A DNA stretch of 64,000 nt from Eledone cirrhosa (lineage: Eukaryota): assembly GCA_964016885.1 (NCBI GenBank), contig CAXHJY010001162.1, positions 34,729-98,728 on the forward strand, read 5' to 3'. Under the pieces are notes generated by a model that worked only from the letters and a program-made list of their open reading frames with translations, had not been told where the DNA came from and did no database searches. Below are positions 41,770 through 55,165 of this stretch, in pieces (within the stretch, counting starts at the first letter, position 1; each line of letters starts with the position of its first letter). Position numbers and translations under genes: made by a program.

Positions 41770-42485
41770 GGTCAGAGTATTGGTCTCATGAACATAAGAC
41801 TATGGGCTCAAGTTCCGGATCGGGTGGTGCATGGTATCTTTGAGCAAGACACTTCATTTCACATTGCTCGCATCTACCCTGCTGAAAATAAACACCACCA
41901 CCAGCAATAGCAGCAGAAGGGGTTAACCTTGCCACAGACCTTGCCACACCAGTAGCTTAAGGTCACGTGAAACCAGGATAAGGTCCAGTCTTCCTCCAAC
42001 TCGTGCCAACATGGTCAAATGGGCGTATAGCCGCCGGTGACGACGACGACGACGACAACCTTGGCAACAACGACGATGATGATGATAGTGCGTGTTGGTC
42101 AAGTCTATGAACGAAGAGGCCCTCCCTCTATGGAAATATGTCACAGCTACCACCGCCACCACCATCACCACTGCCTGCCACCAACACCGCTCCCATCTCC
42201 TCCTCCTCCTCCTCCGCCGCCACCGCCACAACCACTGCCACTAACACTGCTCCCGCCGCTCCCCTCTTTCTCCGTCGCCGGCACCGCCACCACCTCCACC
42301 ACCATCCATCCCACTACCGCCACCTCTCCCCCCGCCGCCACCTCCGAACAGCCACAATCACCACCACTGTCACCACAACCGCCTCCCCCTCCTCCCCCTC
42401 CCCCTCCACCTCCTCCACCACCACCGCCGCCGCCGTAGCCGGCAACAACGACGACGACGACCACCACCACGAGGATAACAATGAC

Positions 42486-42525
<40 letters not shown>

Positions 42526-42609
42526 TATATTGGTGAATACAGATGCTCTCCCTGTTGGATACGGGGCAGCTGACACATGTCTCATACCAGCTGGTTAGTC
42601 ACTGATGTA

Positions 42610-42685
<76 letters not shown>

Positions 42686-42737
42686 ACAAGGGGAGAGCAG
42701 GCATTTACCCGGCAGCGAGAGAACAACGGTTGATCAG

Positions 42738-44588
42738 GTGGTGAGATGTATGTATGTGTGGTAGTATATGTGGTAGTATATGTGGTAGTATATGTGATAT
42801 GTATGTATATGTATGTATATGTGGTAGTATATGTGGTAGTGTATGTGATATGTATGTATATGTGGTAGTATATGTGATATGTATGTATATGTGAGAGTAT
42901 ATGTGGTAGTATATGTGATATGTATGTATATGTGAGAGTATATGTGGTAGTATATGTGATATGTATGTATATGTGGTAGTATATGTGATATGTATGTATA
43001 TGTGGTAGTATATGTGATATGTATGTATATGTGGTAGTATATGTGGTAGTATATGTGATATGTATGTATATGTGGTAGTATATGTGATATGTATATATAT
43101 GTGAGAGTATATGTGATATGTATGTATATGTGGTAGTATATGTGATATGTATGTATATGTGAGAGTATATGTGATATGAATGTATATGTGGTAGTATATG
43201 TGAGAGTATATGTGGTAGTATATGTGATATGTATGTATATGTGGTAGTATATGTGGTAGTATATGTGATATGTATGTATATGTGGTAGTATATGTGATAT
43301 GTATATATATGTGAGAGTATATGTGATATGTATGTATATGTGGTAGTATATGTGATATGTATGTATATGTGAGAGTATATGTGATATGAATGTATATGTG
43401 GTAGTATATGTGAGATGTATGTATATGTGATAGTATATGTGGTAGTATATGTGGTAGTATATGTGAGATGTATGTATATGTGGTAGTATATGTGATATGT
43501 ATGTATATGTGATATGTATGTATATGTGGTAGTATATGTGGTATGTATGTATATGTGGTAGTATATGTGAGATGTATGTATATGTGGTAGTATATGTGAT
43601 ATGTATGTATATGTGAGAGTATATGTGATATGTATGTATATGTGGTAGTATATGTGAGATGTATGTATATGTGAGAGTATATGTGGTAGTATATGTGATA
43701 TGTATGTATATGTGAGATGTATGTATATGTGAGAGTATATGTGGTAGTATATGTGAGATGTATGTATATGTGGTAGTATATGTGATATGTATGTATATGT
43801 GAGAGTATATGTGATATGTATGTATATGTGAGAGTATATGTGATATGTATGTATATGTGGTAGTATATGTGAGATGTATGTATATGTGGTAGTATATGTG
43901 ATATGTATGTATATGTGAGAGTATATGTGATATGTATGTCTATGTGGTAGTATATGTGAGATGTATGTATATGTGGTAGTATATGTGGTAGTATATGTGA
44001 TATGTATGTATATGTGGTAGTATATGTGGTAGTATATGTGAGATGTATGTATATGTGAGAGTATATGTGGTAGTATATGTGAGATGTATGTATATGTGGT
44101 AGTATATGTGATATGTATGTATATGTGAGAGTATATGTGATATGTATGTATATGTGAGAGTATATGTGATATGTATGTATATGTGGTAGTATATGTGATA
44201 TGTATGTATATGTATGTATATGTGAGAGTATATGTGAGATGTATGTATATGTGGTAGTGTATGTATGTATATGTATGTATATGTGAGAGTATATGTGATA
44301 TGTATGTATATGTATGTATATGTATGTATATGTGAGAGTATATGTGATATGTATGTATATGTATGTATATGTATGTATATGTGAGAGTATATGTGATATG
44401 TATGTATATGTGAGAGTATATGTGAGAGTATATGTGATATGTATGTATATGTGGTAGTATATGTGATATGTATGTATATGTGGTAGTATATGTGATATGT
44501 ATGTATATGTATGTATATGTATGTATATGTGAGAGTATATGTGATATGTATGTATATGTGAGAGTATATGTGATAGTATATGTATGTA
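42738..44588. repeat. 1.85-kb modular satellite built from 12- and 17-nt words
   Basis: Words GTGGTAGTATAT, GTGAGAGTATAT, GTGATATGTATGTATAT and GTGAGATGTATGTATAT in variable order. Confidence 0.95.
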
Positions 44589-44765
44589 AGAACATATTAT
44601 GCATATGAATCTATATTTATCTGTCCATGAATCTGTATCATCTTATTTCTGCGTGTGTGTGTATGTATGTATGTATGTATGATTGTGTGTGTGTATGTGT
44701 GTTTGTATATGTGTGTGTGTATGTGTGTTTATATATGTGTATGTGTATGTGTGTATGTATGTATG

Positions 44766-45038
44766 TTTTCTCTTTCTCTTAATTTCGAGTATATTTTTTT
44801 GACCGGCCACCTTCCTGGTGGCAAGGTTGTAAAAGAAAAGAAATTGTCATCCCTTGAATCGCAAGAATGTTTTTGCAAATTTTGAAGGTGCCAGCTATCG
44901 CAGCCATTTGTAGACTATGAATTAGGGAGCTGCGCTTTTTGTCCGCCAATCCAAGTTCAGTCATACTTTGGTCCAAGCGGGTTGGTATATAACCCGTAGC
45001 ACCAATAATGATGGGTATGAAACTAAAGGTGTATCTTG
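44766..45038 (-). mobile_element. 3' end of an RLE-type (R4/Dong-like) LINE inserted in (TATG)n
   Basis: Minus strand reads YTFSFIPIIIGATGYIPTRLDQSMTELGLADKKRSSLIHSLQMAAIAGTFKICK, resembling the PIIxGxxG...LQ...GT C-terminus of RLE LINEs. Further copies lie at 61545 and 61775. Confidence 0.65.
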
Positions 45039-46289
45039 TATGTATGTATGTATGTATGTATGTATGTATGTATGTATGTATGTATGTATGTATGTATGTA
45101 TGTATGTGTATGTATGTATGTATGTATGTATGTATGTATGTGTGTTTGTATATGTGTATGTGTGTATGTATGTATGTATCTATGTATGTATGTATGTATG
45201 TATGTATGTATGTATGTATGTATGTATGTATGTATGTGAGTATGTATGTATGTATGTATGTATGTATGTATGTATGTATGTATGTATGTGTGTATGTATG
45301 TATGTATCTATGTATGTATGTATGTATGTATGTATGTATGTATGTGTGTATGTATGTATGTGTGTATGTGTGTATGTATGTATGTATGTAGGTATGTATG
45401 TAGGTATGTATGTAGGTATATATGTGAGTATGGATGTGTGCATGTATGTATGTATGTATGTATGTATGTGTGTGTGTGTGTGTATGTATACATCACATGT
45501 ACGTATTTTCCACCTAACTGAATATGCCTGACAAAAGATGTGCAAAGTCAGCAGGAATCTACCGTGGAATGAGTTCCCGTTGCCTTTTCCAGGAAGGCAT
45601 TTAGTAAGAATATCTTGTCAGCAGACAGCAGAAGAGTACATAGGCTCTACTACAAGACAGATGACATGGAGTCCCGTGTAGACACCTACAGAACGACATT
45701 GCTTCAAACGATTTGAACAGGTGATGTATTAGCTGAAACAAGGGGCCGCAGTTCTAGCTTTAAGTATGTGTGTGAGTGTCTGAGGGGGCGGAAGAGGGTA
45801 GCTAATGCGAAGATGCGCAAACGCATATACATATTTACACAATATATATTTGTGTGTGTGTATGTATGTGTGTGTGTGTGTGTGTATGTATGCGTGTATG
45901 TATATATATATGTGTGTGTGTGTGTGTGATTAAGGAGTTCGTTTTTCAATCGCATGGTTCTTGGGCAAATGTCTTCTAATTTAACCTCCGGTTGATCAAT
46001 ACCTTGTGATAGACAGGAACTGTGGAAGCCTGCCGTATACACACACACACACACACACACACATACACACACACATGCACACACTCACACGTATATAATT
46101 AAAGAAAAGACAACACAAACACAGGGATGCAAAAACACAAAGTCTTATTAGTATCACGCTTAAGAGGCAACATGAGGCCCCTTAACGCCTTATTGAGTTG
46201 TAGGGATGCCGTAGTGGTTATTTAAATTAGGCGGAACACAGCCGATTTTTTCAGTAGAAGAGAGAGGAGGTGGGGGGGGGGGGGGGGGC

Positions 46290-46405
46290 GAAGAACCGAT
46301 CCCAGTATTTTATTTATCGACCTCGAAAGAATGAAAGGCAAAGTTTACCACTCCAGGATTTGAACTCAGAAAACTGGAACGAACCACTCTGCCAATTCGC
46401 CCCCA
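46290..46405 (-). mobile_element. Diverged SINE family A, minus strand
   Basis: TTTATCGACCTCGAAAGAATGAAAGGCAAAG...GGATTTGAACTCAG. Confidence 0.7.
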
Positions 46406-46568
46406 CTGTTATTTTTTTTTTAATGGGAAGTTTAAGGGTGGAATCCCAGAGGTTTCTGTATCACTCCAGTACCTTTACCATTTGCCTATTGTATCAATTC
46501 GCACACACACACTACATACTACACACGCATTCACATACACACACTTACACACAAACACATACACACAC

Positions 46569-46643
<75 letters not shown>

Positions 46644-46789
46644 GCGCTGAAACATCCGTAACCCGTAGTAAACAACTGATGAAGGGAAATGTCTATCTCT
46701 AGTTTGTGTTCCCTTAACTTTCTAACACTCGTTATCAGTAACCACGCAGCCGCGTCTCTCTCAATCTCTCTCTCTATATATATATATAT

Positions 46790-46967
46790 TGGTAAGGAAC
46801 CAGATGGACCATAACGCAGCAAAGTACTCAATACTTAGGGTAGTAGAGTGGGTAATAGGAACGAGTATGACCCCGACGGCTGAGCTCAAGCCGTTTCGAC
46901 GGCTAATTTTTAGTCCAGAATTAGCCGTCGAAACGGCTTGAGCTCAGCCGTCGGGGTCCTACTCGTT

Positions 46968-46975
<8 letters not shown>
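46790..46975. mobile_element. Penelope-like terminal fragment P-A with fold-back palindrome
   Basis: Arms of ~53 bp (TAGGAACGAGTA.GACCCCGACGGCTGAGCTCAAGCCGTTTCGACGGCTAATT and its reverse complement) around a 10-nt loop, with (TA)n flanks. Confidence 0.75.
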
Positions 46976-46989
<14 letters not shown>

Positions 46990-47013
<24 letters not shown>

Positions 47014-47233
47014 CAGTCGATCGACAAGATCCCAGATCTCATTCGCTTAACAAGTGGGGTGGAGCTAGTCAAATCGGACCGAGGAAACAATGTTTCCATT
47101 GCTAATACTATCTGTCGGTCGCAAATCCAGGCAGAAGGAGTAACGTGAAATAAAGTGTCTTGCTCAAGGACATAACGCATTGCCCGGTCTGGGTTTCGAA
47201 ATCACAACCTCTAACCACTCAGCCACGCGCCTT
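46990..47233 (-). mobile_element. SINE family B, minus strand
   Basis: AAATAAAGTGTCTTGCTCAAGGAC and CTCTAACCACTCAGCCACGCGCCTTC are reverse complements of the family B core and head. Confidence 0.8.
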
Positions 47234-47285
47234 CACACACATACACACACACTCACACACACCACACATACACACACACACACAA

Positions 47286-47724
47286 AGTCCAGAAATAGCC
47301 TGAAACGACTTGAGCTCTGCCGCCGGAGTCTTGAACATTTTCCTATTACCCACTCTAGCACCCTAAGTATTGAGTACTCTGGTGCGTTATGGTCCACCTG
47401 GTTCCTTACCACACTTCTTTCGTTATATACACATATATATATATATATATTGGTAAAACGAAAATAAAATGCTGACAAATTGTTCCCAGTGAAAAATAGT
47501 TTAATTAGGAATAAGTAAAAATTAGTAATAAGAATTGGTTAGTATTCAGTTTTAGTTTTAAGTTTTTACCGGTTGCGCATTTCTAATGCTTTTCAAAAAT
47601 AATTTTGAGATAGAGCCCCCGGGATGTTTGCTCTAACTTATTACTAATTTTTACTTATTCCTAATTAAACTATTTTTCACTGGGAACAATTTGTCAGCAT
47701 TTTCTTTTCCTTTTACCAATATAT
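47286..47724. mobile_element. Composite P-A + (TA)n + P-B Penelope-like fragments, with P-B forming an ~87-bp inverted repeat
   Basis: Colinear with 38999-39330. The arms 47446-47531 and 47638-47724 are reverse complements. Confidence 0.7.
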
Positions 47725-48323
47725 CACAACTCGTGTGTTACACCTCTATTCTTTTAAATATATATATATATATATTAAAGAGTTAAATAAGATTCAATGA
47801 GTACATCAAAGAATGAGTTTTACAGTAGATTGGAAGCACTCTACAGAAAATAATTTTCCAGAGTTATTAATATAGAATTTATAAAATTAATAAATATAAA
47901 TAACCAGCAACTTTAAAAAAAACCTAAAATCTTGATTCTTCACCCTTAAAATAACATAAATTAAATATTTTGAAACTTAACCGTTTAGCTTTTGGGAAAA
48001 AAAAAAAAAAATCTCTTTCTGCATATATTACTCCTCTTTATCTTTCCCCCTCTTTAAATCCTCTTTCAGCGGCCCTCATGGACAGTTATAATTCATGAGA
48101 TATTTTCCTAGATAACCATAACTTGTAGTAACCCACATTTTAAAATCTCTATAGCTGTCACATTAAACAACGTTTTTCTTACTCATACATCTTCTATTGA
48201 ATTTATTACGTTTTCGCATTTTCTCATCATTAGGGTATAAATGTTGAGTTTTCTCTTAGGTTAATCACTACCTTGATTAAATCTTAACCATTTAACATCT
48301 CAGGGTATGTCATGTATCATTAT

Positions 48324-48376
48324 ATTTTGTCTGATGAGGACGTACTGTTGTACCTCCGAAATATGTATAATAAAAT
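48324..48376 (+). ncRNA. Minimal type I hammerhead ribozyme (PLE-associated)
   Basis: ATTTTGT-CTGATGA-GGACGTAC-tgtt-GTACCTCC-GAAA-T-ATGT-A-TA-ATAAAAT. Predicted cleavage after 48369. Confidence 0.85.
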
Positions 48377-48482
48377 TTAATTGATCAAAAGAACATCTAA
48401 TTTATTAATATTTGTATTTTAATATATATATATATAATCAATGATATTAAATAAATGGAAACTATATTTATAAAACCATATT

Positions 48483-48543
48483 TATTTTATTATATATATT
48501 TCAAGGGTACCAAAAACTTTGCTACGTTTCATCAGATAAAATA
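48483..48543 (-). ncRNA. Minimal hammerhead ribozyme, same family as 17511
   Basis: Minus strand TATTTTAT-CTGATGA-aacgtagcaaagtttttggtaccctt-GAAA-T-ATAT-A-TA-ATAAAATA. Stem II is weakened. Confidence 0.7.
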
Positions 48544-48899
48544 CAAAATTTGTTTTATAAATAGTGACATACCCCAGAAACCAGGCCTTATCGCCCTCCA
48601 GAGTTTAGTCGATTATATCGATTTGCATAATGTATTATATCGATCTCGGAAGAGTGAATGGTTAGGTGGACTAGGGTGGGATTTGAACTCAAACGTAACT
48701 AATTTTGTCAAACCGTATCCATATATTTGTCTAGGTACACGCAGACATATACTTACATACACGCTACACACACACGCACGCGCGCGCGCGCGCTCACACA
48801 CACACACACACACGCGCGCGCGCTCGCTCACACACACACACACACACACAAGTGAGGCTAGTCTTGTAAGTGAGGGGTTAACATTATATAACTCTTCAA

Positions 48900-49975
48900 C
48901 TATAACCACCACTACCACCTATACAATCACCATCAATAGCGCCACCACCATCACTACCATCACCACCATCACTACCATTACCATCAGCCCCACCACCACC
49001 ACCACCAAAATCACGACTATCACCACAATCACCCCCATCACCACCAAAACCACTAACACCGCTACCACCATCACCACCATCGCCACCAACATTAAATCCT
49101 CTACCACCATCATAACCACCATCACTACCACCACCACCACCACCACCACCACCACCAACACTACTAACACTGCTACCACTATCACCACCTACACAACCGT
49201 CATTAACACCACCACTATGTGTGAGAGAGTGAGAGAAAGTAAGGAAGAGTGTGGGAGCGAGAGAGAGAGAGAGAGTAAGATAGAGCGTGGGAGAGAGGGA
49301 GAGAGTAAGATAGAGCGTGGGAGAGAGAGAGAGTAAGAGAGGGTGTGGAAGAGAGAGAGAGAGGATGGAAGAGAGTAAGAGAGATGGTGGGAGAGTGAGA
49401 GAGAGAGTGAGAGAAAGTAAGGAAGAGTGTGGGAGAGAGAGAGAGTAAGATAGAGCGTGGGAGAGAGAGTGAGAGAGTAAGAGAGGGTGTGGGAGAGAGA
49501 GAGAGAGGATGGAAGAGAGTAAGAGAGACGGTGGGAGAGTGAGAGAGAGAGAGAGTGGGAAAAAGTAAGAGAGAACCAGTACCACCACCACCATCACCAA
49601 AATTACTGGAAGTACCACAAACCTATAACCCCCGCCACCACCATCACACCCATCACCACCACCACCAACACTACCACCATAAACCCACCCCTCACTAACA
49701 CCACCGCCATTAACACCACCACCACAACCATCACTAATTCCATCCAGTACCACCACCACCACCAACACTACCACCATAACCCCCCCCCCCTCACACACTA
49801 ACACCACCGCCACTAACACCACCGCCACAACCATCACTAATTCCATCCAGTACCACCACCACCACCACCACCACCACCACCAGCACTACCACCATAAACC
49901 CACCCCCCACTAACACCACCGCTAACACCACCATCATCACCATCATCAACACCACCACCATAAATCCAACAGTCT
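48900..49975. repeat. (ACC)-rich low complexity with embedded GA-rich duplicated modules
   Basis: Directly visible, with internal duplications such as GAGAGTAAGATAGAGCGTGG and CCATCACTAATTCCATCCAGTACC. Confidence 0.85.
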
Positions 49976-50253
49976 CCAATCCCACGACCTCGAGAAAAAG
50001 AGGAAATCTCGACGGAGTCGTTAGACGTGCTAGAGACAGCAGCTAAATCACCTTCAAGTCACAGCCACTTGTTTAAAAAATGGGATGGTCGCATCTAGAA
50101 ATCTCTTGATTTCAGGTCAGTGTGATGTGGGTTTACTTGTTACCTAACCCAACACCACCACCACCACCACCACCGACAACAACAACTACAACAACAACTA
50201 CAACCATAACAGCAAGAACAATAAATTTGCAGTTGTATTTTCCCCGAAAGTCG

Positions 50254-51790
50254 AGTGTGTGTGTATGTATGCTTAATGAGAGTGTGTGTACATGTGTGTG
50301 AGTGTGTGTGTGTGTGTATGCTTAATGAGAGTGTGTGTACATGTGTGTGAGTGTGTGTATGTATGCTTAATGAGAGTGTGTGTACATGTGTGTGAATGTG
50401 TGTATGTATGCTTAATGAGAGTGTGTGTACATGTGTGTGAGTTTGTGTGTGTGTATGCTTAATGAGAGTGTGTGTACATGTGTGTGAGTGTGTGTGTGTA
50501 TGCTTAATGAGAGTGTGTGTACATGTGTGTGAGTGTGTGTATGTATGCTTAATGAGAGTGTGTGTACATGTGTGTGAGTGTGTGTATGTATGCTTAATGA
50601 GAGTGTGTGTACATGTGTGAGTGTGTGTGTGTATGCTAATGAAAGTGTGTGTACATGTGTGTGAGTGTGTGTATGTATGCTTAATGAGAGTATGTGTACA
50701 TGTGTGTGAGTGTGTGTGTATGCATGCTTAATGAGAGTGTGTGTACATGTGTGTGAGTGTGTGTATGTATGCTTAATGAAAGTGTGTGTACATGTGTGTG
50801 AGTGTGTGTGTGTATGCTTAATGAGAGTGTGTGTACATGTGTGTGAGTGTGTGTGTATGTATGCTTAATGAGAGTGTGTGTACATGTGTGTGAGTGTGTG
50901 TATGTATGCTTAATGAGAGTGTGTGTACATGTGTGTGAGTGTGTGTGTATGTATGCTTAATGAGAGTGTGTGTACATGTGTGTGAGTGTGTGTATGTATG
51001 CTTAATGAGAGTGTGTGTACATGTGTGTGAGTGTGTGTATGTATGCTTAATGAGAGTGTGTGTACATGTGTGTGAGTGTGTGTGTATGTATGCTTAATGA
51101 GAGTGTGTGTACATGTGTGTGAGTGTGTGTGTATGTATGCTTAATGAGAGTGTGTGTACATGTGTGTGAGTGTGTGTATGTATGCTTAATGAGAGTGTGT
51201 GTACATGTGTGTGAGTGTGTGTATGTATGCTTAATGAGAGTGTGTGTACATGTGTGTGAGTGTGTGTATGTATGCTTAATGAGAGTGTGTGTACATGTGT
51301 GTGAGTGTGTGTATGTATGCTTAATGAGAGTGTGTGTACATGTGTGTGAGTGTGTGTGTATGTATGCTTAATGAGAGTGTGTGTACATGTGTGTGAGTGT
51401 GTGTGTATGTATGCTTAATGAGAGTGTGTGTACATGTGTGTGAGTGTGTGTATGTATGCTTAATGAGAGTGTGTGTACATGTGTGTGAGTGTGTGTATGT
51501 ATGCTTAATGAGAGTGTGTGTACATGTGTGTGAGTGTTTGTGTATGTATGCTTAATGAGAGTGTGTGTACATGTGTGTGAGTGTTTGTGTATGTATGCTT
51601 AATGAGAGTGTGTGTACATGTGTGTGAGTGTGTGTATGTATGCTTAATGAGAGTGTGTGTACATGTGTGTGAGTGTTTGTGTATGTATGCTTAATGAGAG
51701 TGTGTGTACATGTGAGTGAATGTGTGTACAGGTGTGTCAATGTGTGTGTGTATGCTTAATGAGAGTGTGTGTACATGTGTGTGTGTGTAT
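50254..51790. repeat. ~45-bp minisatellite, ~33 copies
   Basis: Unit TATGCTTAATGAGAGTGTGTGTACATGTGTGTGAGTGTGTGTATG, with +/-2 nt slippage variants. Confidence 0.95.
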
Positions 51791-53001
51791 GTGTGTGTGT
51801 GTGTGTATGTGTGTGTGCGAAAGAGAGAGGGTGGGTGAGTAAAAGATGAAGCTATGTGTATTCTTGTGTAAACGAGTGTGTCTGTGTCATGCAAAAGTGT
51901 GTTTGTATGAAACATATAGCTTATGAGAGCGGATTGATATTGTTTAGCCTAAAGTCAGTCCAGATCAAACAGGCCTATGATAAAAAGGCATTCCAACCAC
52001 GACCATCCCGTCGTTTTTCTATTTGTGGGGAACTCAGGACCTCTTTGTCCAACGTGTCCTTTTCTAAAGTTGTAGTATGTAACTTAAGAGTGATCTGACT
52101 GCTATTTCCTCAGGTCGAGTGACCACGGCGAGGCACTTTCATTATCATATCTGTTGTTGTTGTTGACTTTTAGCCAGTCCTATGATCATATCTGTTATCA
52201 TCTCGTCTGTTTGGGGATATAACATTAGAACTATGTTATGTAAGTCTACAGGTTTTTTCGTACGATAGGATGTCAGTTGAGAGAGATTTGGCTGCTATTT
52301 CTAGCATATTGAGCGATTACATAGGGGCTTCCTCGTTGACTATATAAAAAATAAATATGTATATATATATATATGTGTGTGTGTGTGGGGGGGGGGGGGG
52401 GAGACGAGCTTCGGAAAATAGAGAATGTGTGGGAGAGAGAGAGAGAGGGAAAAAGCGAGGATAAATTAGAGAGATTTTATAAGAACACTGGGAACGACCG
52501 ATGAATTGTCAATGATAATTCATTCATGTGTTGTTAGTAATCTCTACCTCCCACCAGGTGTCACTCTTACTTTACCTAGCTCGGGATGAACCAATCCAAT
52601 TGATTTCTTAGTTCCGTAAATATCCAACATCTACCCTAATAACCAATCCCCACTCTCTCACACACATATTCCATTCACTCCTGTCCTGGTGCCTCAGGTG
52701 ACAATTAAAATCTAGTTAATCTATGTATGTTAGAGTTTCTATATAGCCGTAGCAGTGGCGGGCGACACGAGCTTCTAGATAAATCGTGCGTACAGACCGG
52801 TTTCGATTCCAGTTTGAAGCTGATACCTTTCACTTACAGGGGAGGACGTGAGAGATGGGGGCGATGACGGTGGGCGTTCGGACACATTGCCTCTACTATA
52901 GTTGTTGGTTGACAAATGTCTTGACACTGCTAATGATAATGGGAATGGTATGAATGGAAGATAGTGTCACCTGATTTTTTCTGGTGCCAAATATTCTAAA
53001 T

Positions 53002-54399
53002 CATGGGTGTGCAACATTTCCATTGGCGGGCCACTTTTGAACATTGGAACAACTATTAGGGCCATTAATATTTATTAAGCACTATTCCAAAGATTCACCT
53101 CAACTTCTTTCCATAACATGGAGCTGGGTAATTATAACACACATAACCCTATCAGAACAACTATTAGGGCCATTAATATTTATTAAGCACTATTCCAAAG
53201 ATTCACCTCAATTTCTTTCCATAACACGGAGCTGGGTAATTATAACACACATAACCCTATCAGAACAACTATTAGGGCCATTAATATTTATTAAGCACTA
53301 TTCCAAAGATTCACCTCAACTTCTTTCCATAACACGGAGCTGGGTAATTATAACACACATAACCCTATCAGAACAACTATTAGGGCCATTAATATTTATT
53401 AAGAACTATTCCAAAGATTCACCACAACTTCTTTCCATAACATGGAGCTGGGTAATTATAACACACATAACCCTATCAGAACAACTATTAGGGCCATTAA
53501 TATTTATTAAGCACTATTCCAAAGATTCACCTCAACTTCTTTCCATAACACGGAGCTGGGTAATTATAACACACATAACCCTATCAGAACAACTATTAGG
53601 GCCATTAATATTTATTAAGAACTATTCCAAAGATTCACCACAACTTCTTTCCATAACATGGAGCTGGGTAATTATAACACACATAACCCTATCAGAACAA
53701 CTATTAGGGCCATTAATATTTATTAAGAACTATTCCAAAGATTTACCTCAACTTCTTTCCATAACATGGAGCTGGGTAATTATAACACACATAACCCTAT
53801 CAGAACAACTATTAGGGCCATTAATATTTATTAAGAACTATTCCAAAGATTCACCTCAACTTCTTTCCATAACATGGAGCTGGGTAATTATAACACACAT
53901 AACCCTATCAGAACAACTATTAGGGCCATTAATATTTATTAAGAACTATTCCAAAGATTCACCTCAACTTCTTTCCATAACATGGAGCTGGGTAATTATA
54001 ACACACATAACCCTATCAGAACAACTATTAGGGCCATTAATATTTATTAAGAACTATTCCAAAGATTCACCTCAACTTCTTTCCATAACATGGAGCTGGG
54101 TAATTATAACACACATAACCCTATCAGAACAACTGTTAGGGCCATTAATATTTATTAAGAACTATTCCAAAGATTCACCACAACTTCTTTCCATAACATG
54201 GAACTGAGAAATTATAACACACACAACCCTATCAGTGAAGCCCTTTAGTATAGGTCAACTAATAGAAAATTGTATTACGGTTACGAAGACATTTTTAAAT
54301 AAGCCTACAAGGTAAACATTAAAAACGGTCATCGCGGGCCACTCTGACTGGTCTTGTGGGCCGGATTGTGACCCGCGGTTCGCCTGTTGCACGCCTCTG
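53002..54399. mobile_element. hAT (Charlie-like) MITE carrying an internal tandem array
   Basis: TIRs CATGGGTGTGCAAC / GTTGCACGCCTCTG, 8-bp TSD TTCTAAAT/TTCTATAT (7/8), and subterminal GCGGGCC motifs. Confidence 0.85.
53047..54234. repeat. 11 x 108-bp tandem array
   Basis: GAACAACT restarts at 53047, 53155 ... 54127 with an exact period of 108. Units differ at only a few sites. Confidence 0.97.
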
Positions 54400-54628
54400 T
54401 TCTATATATTGGGTTGATGCATTGCCTGTGGCAAATAACGGTGGCTTATTCTGTCTGAGGGAGTTTCGTATCTATATTACCTTCGGAGTTAGGGCCGATG
54501 TCTGTGGGAGATTGAAATGTTGATGTGGCAAGTCCCTTGATTCAGAAAGCGGGAGGGAGGGGGGAGGGGGTTCATTGATAATCTATCTAAATGCAAGTGG
54601 TTTCGCTTACCACACTGAGTTGAATTTA

Positions 54629-55165
54629 CCGTATTTCCCGGTGTCGAAGACGCTACTTTTTTTCCTAAAATAAGTCTCAAAGATCTACCATGCCTCCTAG
54701 AGGCTGAAGGTTGTTTTGGCAGTATCGGTAGAGGGTCGGACGCCATGCTTTCCAGCATAGTTACGTCCCTTTGCGGTCTGAGTTCAAATCCCGCCGAGGT
54801 TAACTTTGCCTTTCATCCTTACGGGGTCGATAAAATAAAGTACCAGTAATGTACTGGGTAATTGATGGCCTTGTGCCAAAAGTAGAAACAATTATTTCTT
54901 TGGTGGATTGGCAGTATCGGTAGAGGGTCGGACGCCATGCTTTGACGCATAGAGTTACGGCCCTTTCCAATCTGAGTTCAAATCCCGCCGAGGTTAACTT
55001 TGCCTTTCATCCTTACGGAGTCGATAAAATAAAGTACCAGTAATACACTGGGTAATTGTTGGCCTTGTGCCAAAAGTAGAAACAATTATTTCTTTTCAAA
55101 TTTTTGGTTGTCAAAATTAGGGTGCGTCCTCGAGGATGAAGCGTCTTCGGCGCCGGGAAATGCGG
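54629..55165. mobile_element. Tc1/mariner-superfamily MITE interrupted by two SINEs
   Basis: TIRs CCGTATTTCCCGGTGTCGAAGACGC / GCGTCTTCGGCGCCGGGAAATGCGG, flanked by TA on both sides. Confidence 0.85.
54716..55087 (+). mobile_element. Two head-to-tail SINE family A copies
   Basis: 54716-54892 and 54902-55087 both match the consensus. Confidence 0.9.

Noticed and set aside
42595-44604. 669-aa ORF rich in H/I/Y/T
   Set aside because: Artefact: the minus strand of this satellite almost lacks G and AA, so stop codons cannot form.
52830-52960. Candidate exon 2 of the transporter after TTACAG
   Set aside because: The phase-1 continuation gives no sugar-porter motif.
53044-54207. 387-aa repeat protein or CRISPR-like array
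   Set aside because: A pure tandem 108-bp array inside a MITE, with no unique spacers, a TTG start and no domain signature.
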